Positions 1-12,102 of a DNA stretch of 64,000 nucleotides are shown piece by piece. The notes beneath the pieces are model-generated. The model searched no databases, was not told the DNA's origin, and worked only from the letters and a program-made list of their open reading frames with translations. The position numbers and the translations under genes were made by a program. The DNA comes from Azolla caroliniana (Eukaryota > Plantae > Polypodiophyta): NCBI GenBank assembly GCA_043228905.1, contig JBHGNT010000009.1:17112001-17176000 (forward strand), given 5' to 3'. How positions within the stretch are numbered: the first letter of the stretch is position 1; every line of letters begins with the position of its first letter.

Positions 1-894
1 GACTATATTGTCATTCCAAGAGCAAGCGTCGGGGCTCCGAACTCCCCTAGAGAGCCAAAGATCAGCCTCCCTACCAAGTTTGATGGTACGAGGTCTTTAT
101 TTTGAGGCTTTTTGAATCAAGTTCCTTTGGTTATTCAGCAACATCCCAATCGGTATCCAACTGATGCTGCTCGTGTGGGATTAGTGGGAACTTTGTTATG
201 CGGTACGACATTAGCATGGTTTGCACCACTTTTCGAGAAGAAATCACCATTGCTGGAGGATTTCGAGGCATTTGTTAAAGAGTTTCAAGCTAGTTTCAGC
301 GACGCCGATAGCACTAGAACAATGATAAACAAGATTCGAAGGCTTCGACAAGGAGATTGTCCTGCGTCGGCTTACGCAGCCGATTTCCGTCTCTTGGCAT
401 GTAATATCCCTTGGGATGAGACGGCCTTAATGGATCAATTCCGTCAAGGTTTGTGAAATGATGTCAAAGATCTTCTTCTTACTTTCCTTGAAGATCCGAA
501 GTCGCTTACAGAAGCCATTAGTCGAGTCGTGCGATGTGATAATCACCTATTTGAGTGACGTTCTGAGCGCCAACAAATGTTACGCCGCCAACCTGAGCAG
601 ACTTATGCTTCTGTAGTCGCAATGCCTCCACAAGTTTCTAGACCCATTACAAGGGATGGCCCAACTCCGATGGAAATAGAGTCAACACAACGTCATGGGC
701 CGTTATCAAATGCTGAGAAGCAACGATGTCGAGCGCATCGCCTCTGCCTGTATTGTGGCGGTCCAGGACATATAGCTGTAAATTGTCCACATAAACCTAG
801 GCGTCAAGTATACCAAGTAAGTGCCCATGAAAACCCGACATCCAGTTCTATTGTTACTTCTAATAACATAAGTATGCCTCATAGTCCATGCCAT
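1..894 (+). mobile_element. Ty3/gypsy chromovirus (Tcn1/Sushi-like) gag fragment, decayed; truncated by the insertion at 895
   Basis: EPKISLPTKFDGTRS..., LRQGDCPASAYAADFR...WDETALMDQFRQGL (retrotransposon gag), then PTPMEIE and Zn knuckle CLYCGGPGHIAVNC; in-frame stops present. Confidence 0.85.
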
Positions 895-1052
895 TGTCGT
901 GACTTGAGAATAGGAGAGAGAAAAATAAGACGACAATAGAAGGTAGGGGGGGGGGGGGGGAGAGAGAGAGAGAGAAAGAACACTAGAAATGGAAAGAGAT
1001 TTTATATTATAAGGCCAAAATGTATGTCGTCAAAATGTATGTCGTCATGACA
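895..1052 (-). repeat. 3' LTR (158 bp) of the Tcn1-like element
   Basis: Termini TGTCGTGAC...GTCATGACA; adjacent to the PPT; first ~52 bp match 5340-5391; contains TATA-like, poly-G and (AG)n tracts. Confidence 0.85.
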
Positions 1053-4000
1053 TTATCCCCATTTTTCGACGACGAGTTCCACGAGTCGGAAGACAAGATT
1101 TCGGACTTGGCTTATGGGGATATTTGTTGTGAAATGCAGCAACCATTTCGGAGGCATTAACAAGATTCTCAAGAGGTTCCCATGTTTGATCATAAGGTGT
1201 ATAACCTAACTAGTCAACCAAATAATACAGTTTTTTGCAAACGATCTTGGAGTCGAGAATGGCAGCAACTTAATATTCGGAGCCATCCGAAACTTCGATT
1301 GGAGGTGGGAGAGATGTAAGACGGCCTGGAATAGAGCTGGTTGTGTACGGCTCCAAAAGTGAAACATGGAAGACCGGGTGAAGATGCATATGAGGGGGAA
1401 GATTAAGGCGAAATGCCACATCATTGATCTTACCAAATATCACATATGGCCCAAAATGTTGATAATCCAATTTGCAGCAAGGTCGGGTTGTTTTAATGCG
1501 ACCGTGTAAAAGCCATACTCGATCTCCCACTTGAAACGTAGTCGATGAATCACGTCGATGACGGTCGGCAACCTTCTTTTGAGTGTTTTGAGCATCACAT
1601 AAATGGTGCAAAAGGATATCTTGAACTTCTTGGAGTTTGGTGAGCCGATCTTCAGTAGCCGGGTTTGTCGGGAGTTCGGGATCTTCTTGAGCATAGTCCA
1701 ATGAGGATGGTACCCAATGTTTGCAAAAAATGGGGAATATCCAGTAGAAGAATGTTCTAATTTGTTGTAAGCAAATTCCGCCAAATGTAATAGATCAACC
1801 CAATCATCTTGTTGATAGTTGACAAAACAATGAAGATATTGTTCTACTATTTGGTTGGTGCGCTCACTCTGTCCGTTAGTTTCTGGATGGTAGTCGGAAG
1901 AGAGTTTGCAAGAAGTATGTAAGAGTTTGAACATGTGTCGCCAAAATTTTGAGATGAACTGAGGATCCCGATCATTGATAATATCATCAGGAAGACCATG
2001 ATACCAAAACACCTCTCGCATGAGTAACTCAACTGTCTGTTGGCTCGGCTCGTAATGGCCTTTGTGCAGGGAAGAAAATGTGCCATCTTGGTAAAACGAT
2101 GGACTACCATGAGAATAGAATCAAAACCCTTGGAAGGTGGTAGATCTGTAATGAAGTCCAATGAAATAGATTTCCATGGACTCTCAGGAATAGGCATTGG
2201 TTGTAATAAGCCATATGGATGATGTCAAGGTTTTTTGGATCGGCAACATGTATCACAACTACAAACATAATCCGTAACAAAATGGCGAGGTCGTGGCCAC
2301 CAATACCTTCGAGAAATTAATGCCAAAGTCTTGTGGATGCCGAAATGTCCAGCCATTGGTGTGTCATGACATTGTTGCAAGACTTGGAGTCGAGAAGGAC
2401 CATCAGGCACATATAAGACATTTTGTCGAAAAAGTAAACCATCATGCCAATTGAACTGGCTGTAGTCTTGACGAGGATTTTGAGATTGTGAACAAGAAGC
2501 ACGATCTGGGATAATATGGTTCAGAATATCTTGCGCGAATTCATCAGTTTCAATATGCTCCCGAATGGAGTCCAGAAGACTTGAATCCTCGAGTGTGTCT
2601 ATAGCATGAAAAGCCATTAGTCGTAGACGGTTAGGACCCAAAAGGATTTGCTTCTAACTTTCAAATGTGGCCTCTCCTGGTTGAAGTTCCATATATGAAT
2701 GCCGAGATAAAGCATCTGCTTTTCCTTGTTGTGTCGCAAGGCGATATAGAATTATGAAGTCAAAATGAGTTAAAAATTGCGCCCAACGAGCTTGTTGAGG
2801 ACTCAAGACTCGAGCACTTTGGAAGTAAGTTAAATTTTTGTGATCATTATAGACAATGATTTGTTGAGATGAACCCTCCAAAAAATGACGCCATTGTGGA
2901 AAAGAATCTACAATGGCAAGAAGCTCTTTGTCGTGAATCTCATAGTTGATTTCTACAGCTTCGAATTTCTGTGAATGAAAAGCCACAGGGTGCAGTTGGC
3001 CATCATTGCTAATCTGGGATAATACGCTTCCTAGTACGAAGTCCGATGCATCAGCTTCCAGTATAAAGCGTTTCAATGGATCAACATGGATCAAAATTGG
3101 TGCGGATGTAAATGCTTGCTTTAATCCTTCAAATGTAGAGTTTGCATTTATACTCCACACAAATGGTCGATTCTTCTATGTTAGTTGGGTCAGGGGCAAT
3201 ACGATCTTTGAATAACCTATGATGAACTTGCGATAAAAGTTTGCAAACCCTAAAAAACATTGTACATCTCGCACAGACTGTGGTGTTTGCAAATCCAAAA
3301 CTATTTGAACCTTTGCTGGATCCATAGAGATGCCATGTGAAGAGACTATGTACCCCAAAAATTCCACTTGACGCTAGTCGAAACTGCACTTCTCCAATTT
3401 TGCATAGAGACCATATTCACACAACCGTTGTAAAGCTTGTCGAATGTGTATATCATGATCCTCTTGAGTTTGTGAGTAGATCAAGATATCATCCAGGTAA
3501 ATTATGACGAAAATATTGAGGAAATCTCGAAAAATGTCATTCGCCATATGTTGGAAAAACTGTTGGTGCATTCGTGAAACCAAATAGCATCACTATATAC
3601 TCAAAATGGCCATAGCGAGTACGGAAAGCAGTCTTCCATTCATCCCTAGGACGAATTCGAACAAGATTGTAAGCACCTCGAAGATCTAACTTTGTGAAAT
3701 ACTTAGCTCCATTGAAGCGTTCCAGAAGGTTCGAAATCAATGGTAGAGCATATCGGTTTCGAATAGTTACTTTATTCAATCCACGACCAGACGAAGCGAA
3801 CCATCTTTCTTCTTAACGAAAAATATGGGTGCACCAGCCGGAGATCTTGAATGTTGGATAAACCCATTTGCCAAGTTCTCATTGATATATTCCCAAAGAA
3901 CCTCTAACTCCGTGGGTGAAAGGTTATAAATTGGCCCCCATGGAGGCTTTTTTCCAGGCTGCAAATCAATCGGGCAATCATATGGTCGATGGTTTGGTAG

Positions 4001-5339
4001 TCTATTGGCCTTCACCTTATCAAACACATCGGAGAATTCTATATATTTCTTCGGTAGTTGGACCCCCGATTCTTGTGAGCTTGATGTGGGAGTTGCTAAA
4101 ACTACGAACACCAACATGTCTTCCTTCCATCCTTCCTCACGTAATTGATGTATAGAGATTGTCGAAGTCTTTTGGAATGTCATATCCTTTGTTGGAGTTT
4201 TAAGAGGCTTAGACTGTATTGTGACCTCTTCAATGGTTCTTTTTCTCCAATCAATAGTTGGGTTATGTAGCTCAAACCATGGAAGTCCAAGAACTAGGGA
4301 GTGCTTTGGACTACTAATGATGTTGAATGAGATGACACTAACCAAATTGCCTAGGACTACATGAATTGGTTCAGACTCTTTGACTATATCACCTGATGCT
4401 ATGGGGCGTCCATCAATGACTCCGACTGACACTGGGCTTGGGAGCTTATGCAACTGAATATTATGCCGTACAGCAAACTCATGATCCATGAAACAAGAGT
4501 TGGCTCCAGAGTCTAAGAGGGCAGAAGCTGGGACTCGATGGCACCTAGATGTGTTAAGCTCAACTTGTGCAGAGAAAACTCGACTAACTTGACCAGACTA
4601 AATGAAACCACAACTAGAGACGGATGTTACATGCCTAGGGCTGTCTGACCAAATGGCTCTGATTTTGGCCGGACTTACTCGTTTAACACATCATCTAATT
4701 GGCTCAAGACATCAAATGTATTTTTATGACAGGGACTACTAGGCCTACTTGGGTTACGAGAAGGCGGGGCAGAAATTGAGATGGGATTTTCATGAGCACT
4801 TACTTGGTTAACTTGTCGTCGTGGTTTATGTGGACAATTCACAACATTATGCCCTGGACCACCACAATAGAGCCAGAGATGATTCGCTTGCCGTCATTGC
4901 TTTTCAGCATCCGATAATGGTCCTCGATGTCGTGTTGTCTCGATTTCAATTGGGGTACACAAGCCGTACCTGATTTAAAAATCCACGAAGTTGAGACCTT
5001 GTACCATCAAACTTGGCTGGTAGACTAATCTTGGGTTCCTTCGGCGAGGTTTGAACTTCCGTCGCTTGTCGTTGCAATAGAGTAGTCTCCAATTGATGCA
5101 CCTGTTGAGATAATTCTTCATATTGTTGTACTTTCTCAGCACTTACTTGTTGTAGGTCTCCCAACAATCTTTGATTTTCATGCTCTACTGCCACGAATTT
5201 GGTTGTTAGCATTTCGAGCTCGGAGAGAACACACATATATTCTTGCTTGCTGACGGACTCCATAGTTGTGATAGAAAATTGCTAGATTTGTCTGAATAAG
5301 GTTAAGAAAAGAAGAAGAAAAGATAGATTCGGTTCAAAC

Positions 5340-5391
5340 TGTCATGACGTGAGAATAGGAGAGAGAAAAATAAGACGACAATAGAAGGTAG
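5340..5391 (-). repeat. Remnant (U5 side) of the 5' LTR of the Tcn1-like element, interrupted at 5392
   Basis: TGTCATGACGTGAGAATAGGAGAGAGAAAAATAAGACGACAATAGAAGGTAG is near-identical to 895-946. Confidence 0.85.
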
Positions 5392-5538
5392 TGTTGGCCG
5401 GTCAGAGAAGGAAAATGGGAAAGCAAGGTCGGATCGGATAAATATAGAAATAGGAATAGAATTATTAGGAGGGACGGATCCGGTAGTTGTAACCGATCCG
5501 ACCTTGCTTTCCCATTTGCCTTCTCTGACCGGCCAACA
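5392..5538 (+). repeat. 147-bp LTR-like unit with 46-bp terminal inverted repeats
   Basis: TGTTGGCCGG...GATCGG (5392-5437) is the reverse complement of 5493-5538 with one mismatch; TG..CA ends; followed by a PBS-like sequence. Confidence 0.75.
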
Positions 5539-5540
5539 CA

Positions 5541-5556
5541 TGGCACGCCCATGGGA
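5541..5556 (+). promoter_or_regulatory. Primer-binding site TGGCACGCCCATGGGA (type seen in Tat-like gypsy elements)
   Basis: TGG start 2 nt after the CA end; shares TGGCACGCC with the PBS at 31405-31416. Confidence 0.7.
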
Positions 5557-5588
5557 AAGTGCATTGCACTTCGAACCCACAGCCGGCT

Positions 5589-7078
5589 TCAGTCTTCCTC
5601 CAAATTATCCAGCAAACTCCGCTCAGAGGTTTCAAGTGTTGTTTTGCCTGTGCCGTCTCCGACTTCCGATTGGATTGGCTGCCTTTTCGCATCTTGCTGC
5701 TCCGACTCTGCTTCTACCGGTAGTACCGGTGTTTCTTCTGTATCCTGTCCGGGTCTGTCCTGCTCTACCTCCGTTCCGTTCCCGGTATCGCTTTCTCCGG
5801 TTTCCACTGGTTGTGTCCTTTCCTCCCCGGATTCGGTACTTCTCTGTCTCCACTCTGCATCATCCCCGGCATCAACCTGCTCTTGCTCCGGAAGTTCTTC
5901 CTCGGGTAATTCTTGTCGGGGTGCATTGTTGGTTGGATCCTCTTCAGCCGGTCGCTCGCCCTCACTAATGGAGATCGGCGTTGTGTGTCCCTCGGCTTCC
6001 TGTCGCAGTCGGTCCTTCTCGTACCTTCCAATTCTAGTTGGGTTTCGAGCTGTCCGTCATCCAACCTCTCTACTAACCCTCGGATTTCCTTGAGATGCTC
6101 TTCTGCTAGAGCATAGAAATCCTCCGACAGTTCTTCCGGATGTTGACGATACTTTCTTCGTCCATTTTATAGAACCCATCTCCGTTTTTCTTCCGATTTT
6201 CTGCATCAGCTCGGAGTATCTGCAGTTCAGCTGCCTGTTGTGCCCATTCCCTCCAGAGCTTCTCCGTGCTGTCATTTATGCTGGCCTGAGCTCGGGTACT
6301 CCAACTTGACATGATGAACTTAATTCGGCCAACCCCTGCTTTAGCCTGTTCCGAAGCTGCTTGTTTTTCCTTCCTTATCCGTTTGATGATGTCAGCCATT
6401 AACTGAGCTTGAGCTTCAGAGTCGACTTTTTGCTTGTCACAGGTACTCCGCTATTTGTTGATTTCGAAAGTCAACTTCACTTTCTCCTCATTCCTGCTCT
6501 TTGTCAGCTCCCCTACTTTCTGCCGAAGTACTTCCATCTCCTTTCTTTGTTCCGACGTCAAGGTCTTCTCCGCCGATACTTCCTCCCTTGCTTTGGACAA
6601 TTCCAAGCGGTTTTCCTTGAGCTGCTCTTTCAGCTTCTCTATCTGTCGGTCGTACGTTGCTGCCTGATTCTTGATGTCCGACGTGGCCTGTTTATAATCC
6701 TTACATAGTCTGTCGAATTCCTCCGTCTTCTGTTTTAGGCGTCGGTTCGCCTAAGCTCGCAACTGATCATCCCGGTCCTTTTGTTGTCGGAGTTCCTCTC
6801 GCAACCGCTCAATTTCCTGCTCCATTCGTCGGCGCAGCCTATCTTTTTCCTTTTGCAGTGTCCCGTTTTCTTCTTGTAGTCGGTCATTGGTGGCTTTGCT
6901 TCGGCGAAGGCCTTTCCTCCATTCGCCGTCTGTCGTCTTCTACCAACTTCCGCTGTTCTCTTTCGTTATCTCTCAATGCCTCCTGAGCCTGTAATTCTTC
7001 TTTCAAAGTTGCTATTAACTTCTCGGTCTCAGGGCCGGTTTGCAAGGCCCTCTCCGTTTCTGGTTCGGCTTGCTTTTA
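5589..7078 (-). pseudogene. Disrupted coiled-coil protein ORF with acidic C-terminal tail, retroelement-borne
   Basis: Hand translation gives EKLIATLKEELQAQEAL...RLRRRMEQEIERLREELRQQK...QIEKLKEQLKENRLELSKAREE...MADIIKRIRKEKQ...ETGESDTGNGTEVEQ...LLDNLEED*, with several stops and a frameshift. Confidence 0.6.
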
Positions 7079-7178
7079 NNNNNNNNNNNNNNNNNNNNNN
7101 NNNNNNNNNNNNNNNNNNNNNNNNNNNNNNNNNNNNNNNNNNNNNNNNNNNNNNNNNNNNNNNNNNNNNNNNNNNNNN
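7079..7178. other. Assembly gap (100 N)
   Basis: Run of N; the two flanks belong to different elements. Confidence 0.99.
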
Positions 7179-7975
7179 AACTCCTGTCGGAGCTGAAGCT
7201 TCCTGGCTGTGGTGCTCGCGGCGAAAATCTTCTTCAGATTTTCCCACGCACCCTTCGGCGTCTTTGCATCCCGAACATAGCTCAATAGCTGGTCGCCCAC
7301 ACACGACGCGAAGCAGTACAATACCCTGCTCACCGATTGCTCCCACGACGGGAAGTCTCTGTGTGTCAATTCGGGTGCCGTGTCATTAGCTCCTTCGACA
7401 TAACTCCAGTAGCCGTGCCCGAGCAGGTACTGGTGCATCTTGTAGGACCAAGACGCGTAGTTGGTTCTGTTGAGCTTCTCTGTTGGAAGCGAGCTTGCCA
7501 TGCCTCTATCCATCGTTCTTCTCGTTCTTCTTCGTCAAGCTGTGTCGGCTGCAGAGAGGTTCTCAACCCTCGCGCTCTGATACCATGTAGAAAGTAGCGT
7601 GCAGAAGCAAGTATGAAGATAGAACAGAAGGAAGGAAACTCAGGTTTAATGGAGAGCTTGAGCTTACACGGTATACGCGGGAGAGACAGAGAGAGAAAAC
7701 ACCAAAAAACTATATTTAACAATAATACTCAATCTGTGTACATAAGACGTGCTCAGTGAGCACTTTTATACAAGTCCTAGAAGGACTGACCGAAGTACTG
7801 ACAATACTTCAATGCTCATCAAGAGCTCCTACACTAACTCCCAAATATATTCCTCACGGAATATCTTTCCTAACGACCTCCCGGTGTACGCACTTGGCCT
7901 AACCGATCGGTCCCAACCGATCCGGTCCTCGGCTTCTTCAACTGAATCGGCCGATGTTGAGCTTGTCTCTCAACA
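7179..7975 (-). mobile_element. Ty1/copia (family B) 5' end: 5' LTR 7586-7975, PBS-Met 7574-7585, gag start at 7513
   Basis: PBS TGGTATCAGAGC; MDRGMASSLPTEKLNRTNYASWSYKMHQYLLGHGYW; LTR homologous to 36523-36968 and 46243-46631. Confidence 0.9.
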
Positions 7976-8338
7976 ATTATATAATAACTGAACTAGGGCA
8001 ACTGCCCTTTGGCTTTAGTGTAAATATGTCCTTACCTAGTATGTCCAAATGGGAGAATGTGAATATGATCATTATACACTCGTATTCGACACTCCCCCAT
8101 AATAGGCGTATACAACACAAATTTGTAAAAAAAAGAATGAACAAATTCCAGATTTACACAAAGAGATGTTTAAGACAATTTTGTTGGTTGCCGAATTCAC
8201 AAAGACTAAATAAATAATGAAAGCCGAATGAGTTAGTCTGAAGGCCTGAAGCCGGATCGAAGTCGGATCGAGGCCGATTATCTAAAGTATCTGAAGTAGA
8301 TTGTCCGAGGCCATCTCTGTGTCCGACTCAATCAGACA

Positions 8339-9300
8339 GATTTCCCTTTAAGCCCATATGATGCCTTAGTGACCGGAATCGGTCAGCTGGAAGACACTTG
8401 GTCATCACATTTGCTATGTTGTTGGTCATAGAGATATTCTCGAGGTTGAGCTTACCTATAGTTACACAGTCCTGAACGAAGTGCGGACGTCGATGTGCTT
8501 CGAGGCGTTGTTGTGGACCAGTTTCTTCGACAAGGTGTCAACACCCTGACCGTTGTTGTAGACAATTGGAGACGAATTGGAGTCGACTTGTCGAAATGTG
8601 CAAGCCAGCCGATCGAGCCATAAAGCATCCTTCGCTGCTTCGGACGCAACTACATATTCGGCCTTGGTTGTCGAAGTGGCCATGCACTCTTGAAGTTTCG
8701 ACTTCCACGATATTGCTCTAGTGCCGAATCAGAAGAAGTAACCGGTTGTTGACTTTCAGGTGTCCAAGCAGTCGGCAAAGTCCAAGTCGGTGTAGCCAAC
8801 TACACTTGAGTTCTTGTTCGGGCCGAAGAGGATGCCAAGGTCTTGTGTGCCTACTAGATATCTGAATACTTGCTTGACTACGTTTCCAATTCGGCCTTGG
8901 TTGTCGAAGTGGCCATGCACTCTTGAAGTTTCGACTTCCACGATATTGCTCCAGTGCTGAATCAGAAGAAGTAACCGGTTGTTGACTTTCAGGTGTCCAA
9001 GCAGTCGGCAAAGTCCAAGTCGGTGTAGCCAACTACACTTGAGTTCTTGTTCGGGCCGAAGAGGATGCCAAGGTCTTGTGTGCCTCCTAGATATCTGAAT
9101 ACTTGCTTGACTACGTTTCCAATGAGGTCGACCGGGGTTGTGCATAAATCTACTAATGACTCCTACGACATGTGATGTTAGGTCGCGCTGTGACTATTGT
9201 GTACATCAGGGAGCCGACTGCTGGTGCATATGGTACCAACTTCATATCTTCCCATTCCAGACCGGATGTCAGATAGTCGCGCTGAGACAACCGAAGGCCA
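8339..9300 (-). mobile_element. Ty1/copia RT/RNase H 3' fragment with PPT
   Basis: DMKLVPYAPAVGSLMY, HNPGRPHW, VVGYTD, STTKAEYVVASEAAKDALWL, KHIDVR; PPT-like TAAAGGGAAATC followed by TGTCTG at 8338. Confidence 0.8.
8657..9122. repeat. Tandem duplication, 2 x 233 bp, near-identical
   Basis: TTCGGCCTTGGTTGTCGAAG...TACGTTTCCAA at 8657-8889 and again at 8890-9122. Confidence 0.9.
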
Positions 9301-11568
9301 ACTTCATACCCACATAACTTGCCACTTAGTTGTCTGTTTCTTATGTGGTAAAGTGTATTCGAAAGCTCTTGAAGACCTCCATCTTTTTGTACCAAGATAT
9401 TAAACTAGTATAAAATAGTATCTTCAATATTATTGTTTTATGTTGTGTGTGAAGAACCACCCTCAATTTTGTACATTCCATTCAATTTTCACACCGTTGG
9501 CGAAAATCTTTACGACATTCACCCCCACCAAACCGCACGTCCTCTGGTAAGTGCCAAGAAGAGAGTGTGGGAGATTTTGGCTACGGTGATCAATCAGATT
9601 CCTCCACGTTCTCATGTACATAACTCAAGTTTGTAGGTTCCGTCCTACTATCTGCATCGTCGAGGTGATCGAGGTCAGGATCCTCGTCTTGTCTTTTCTT
9701 GAAAATCTTTACTCTTTTTCCCGCAATGGGTATGACCAACCTTGATCCATCTAGCTCTGCAAGGTGGTATGTGGCATTGTTGTTGGCACTTATCACTACA
9801 TACGGTCTGAACCATCTTCTTGCGAACTTTCTTGTTGTACTGTGTTGATTGTCAAGGCTGTTGTTGTAGACCAATACCCAATCTCCTTCTTCGATCTTCT
9901 TGGGACATAGTCGATGCGTCTTGTCGAACCGAATTTTGTTCTTCACTTGGGCTGCCTCCATCATCTTTCGCACTTTTTCTAGATCTTCAGGTCTCCTTTC
10001 AAGTTGCCTTATCCGTGCCGCTAATAATTCTACTCGGCTCATCTCGTTCTCCCATGGTATCGCTACCCATGAGGCGATCGTCCTTTCGATGGGCATTACC
10101 GGCTTTTGTCCATACATAAGCTCCGTTGGCATATACCCTGTCACTGAACTATGTGTAGTTCTATCGGCCCACAAGGCATAGGGAAATAGTCGTGGCCAAT
10201 TCCTGACTCGACCGTTGCATGCTCGTACGATGACTTTGACGATTGGTCCATGCCCTCACTCGATCTTCCCATTCGCTTATGATTGTAGGCAGTCCTGAGG
10301 GAGAGCTTCACGCTTAGTCGTTCGAAGAGCTCCGTTGCTTCGTGTGCATCCAGCTCCCCTCGGTCGGCCACTATCTTTCCCACACATCCATATCGGCAAA
10401 CAACCTCTTCGAGTAGAAATTTGCAAACTGCTGACGTCGTCTTATTTGTCAAGGCCCGTCCTTCTACTTGATTTGTCAAGTCTTCTCTTGCTAGAGCTAA
10501 GTACTTCATTTGTCCCACTCCCATTGGCATCGAGACCAGATCCACCATCCATTTAAAGTGTATGGTGAGCAGGTATGTCGGCCGTAGCTCATCACGATGA
10601 CATATATTCGAATGTACTTGGCAAGTTTCGCATGTGGACACGAAATCGAGTACATCTTTGTACATGCTTGGCCACTAGTACTTCTCCTTCAAGTTTCGAA
10701 TGTCGCCCATGTTCCTCTATGACTTCCCCAAGGACTCTCACGGAATTCGGTCATCAGCATCACTTACTCTTCTTTCTTTACCACCACTCGACTTGGTATT
10801 CTTGTCCTTCTTTTTGGGTGTTGCCAAAGGAATCCTCCTCTCAAGAAGTATTGGTAAGCTTTCTTCCGGATTCGTAGAGCCTCCTCCTTCGTCAATGAAG
10901 CATCCGTCGTCATTGTTCTTAAGAATCAGCTGATCAGTAACCACTCTCATTCGTACTCGTCCTCATTAAAGGCGTGGAGGGTTAGCGTGCCCTTGTCTTC
11001 CGCCGATAGTCGAGCCATCTTGAAGAAGTTAAGGGTGACGTCTTCATCTTCCGATACCATGTCACCTACATTCTCAAATCTTGCCCTCGACAGCATGTCA
11101 ACCATGGTGTTCTTCTTTCCTGCAATGTGGCGGATCCTTGGGCTTAAAGACTTGATATAGGCGATCCACCTTAGCATAGCTAGATCTGGGGTTGCACATC
11201 CTGAGATCATCTCGAGGATTGGGAGACAATCTGTCTCAATTATCACTTCCGACCCGATCAAGTAGTCTTTGTCCGACTTCACTACCGACACAATACCCCA
11301 AAGTTCCTGCTTGACTTGGGCGTATCCTCGTTGTTGTTCGCTGAGAACCTTTGCTCCGAACTGGATGGCATACTGCGCATTATCTTCTCCTTCTTGGTTG
11401 ATGACCCACCGATTTTGGTTGGGCTCGTATCTACAGTCACATAATTTGGCTTCCCTTCGGTATAGTCGGCCTCTCTTAGTGCGGGAGCTTCAAGAAGTAG
11501 TTTCTTCAGTCTTCGCATCGCGTTTGTGTGCTCGTCTCGCCATTCGAACTTCATTCTTTTCTTTAGCA
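9300..11568 (-). mobile_element. Ty3/gypsy non-chromovirus RH-INT 3' part with PPT and start of 3' LTR (from 9517 leftward)
   Basis: VTVDTSPT, IIETDCLPILEMI, PDLAMLRWIAYI; INT CETCQ, AREDLTNQVEGRAL, ADRGEL, YHLAELDG; PPT GGTGGGGGTGAA then TGTCGTAAAGATTT; left LTR end not resolved. Confidence 0.8.
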
Positions 11569-12102
11569 ATTTGTTGTTCCGCGTGCTCCTCGGCTATTCA
11601 TTGTGAGACTTTTATTTGTTGTGTTGCCAAAAATTCCATGAGTTCGTAAGTAGTTCCGAACTGTAATAGTGCGCCGAACTCATGGGTTGTGTCTGGAATG
11701 TCCGGATACTTCAGGACCTCGCTTTCCGCCGTAAATACGCCTTTCCCCCACTGCGACTGGGCCGTAATGATCGGCCGTGGTTCCTGGATTATTTCGAAAG
11801 TGGTGTTGGGCTCCGTAGCTACGGAACTGTCGACCTCGACGGTCGTCTTCGTGGCCGCGAGTGTGTCTTTAACTAATCCGCGCCCCATCTTTCCTATCCA
11901 GCCTCTATCGTTTCGGCCTTGGGCTTCCTTGACGTTGCTCAGCTTCCTGCTCCTGCGGAACTTCCTCCCTGTGCTCCGGCCGTTCTTCATGTGTTGTCTG
12001 CGTCTTGGGCTGGGCCGATTGGGGTTCATCCTCCCATTCCGTGGTGGCCAACTCCGCTAACCTCCGTTTCGCGGAACGTGGTGGCGGCATGGGTTTGCTG
12101 GG

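Larger units (their letters stand above)
895..5391 (-). mobile_element. Ty3/gypsy chromovirus (Tcn1-like), gag-PR-RT-RH-INT-chromodomain, decayed by stops and frameshifts
   Basis: Gag start MESVSKQ (5263) with an internal capsid deletion near 4946; protease LLDSGA ~4500; [11 protein letters not shown] and IYLDDILI; RH LEADASDF; [34 protein letters not shown]; GPY/F and HPVFHVSLLEP; chromodomain (VAAILDS...YYLVDxLGY...TWEPLENL) ~1110-1280; PPT GAAAAATGGGGATAA at 1053-1067. Confidence 0.9.

Noticed and set aside
1-894. Domesticated PEG10/RTL-like gag gene
   Set aside because: Contains stops and is homologous to the adjacent decayed chromovirus gag
6976-7389. ORFs spanning the N run
   Set aside because: They cross an assembly gap joining unrelated elements
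7976-8338. Two possible LTR starts (TGTCTG at 8338 and TGTCGA near 8093 on the minus strand, each after a purine tract)
   Set aside because: Other ends and TSDs not identifiable, so no boundaries were called
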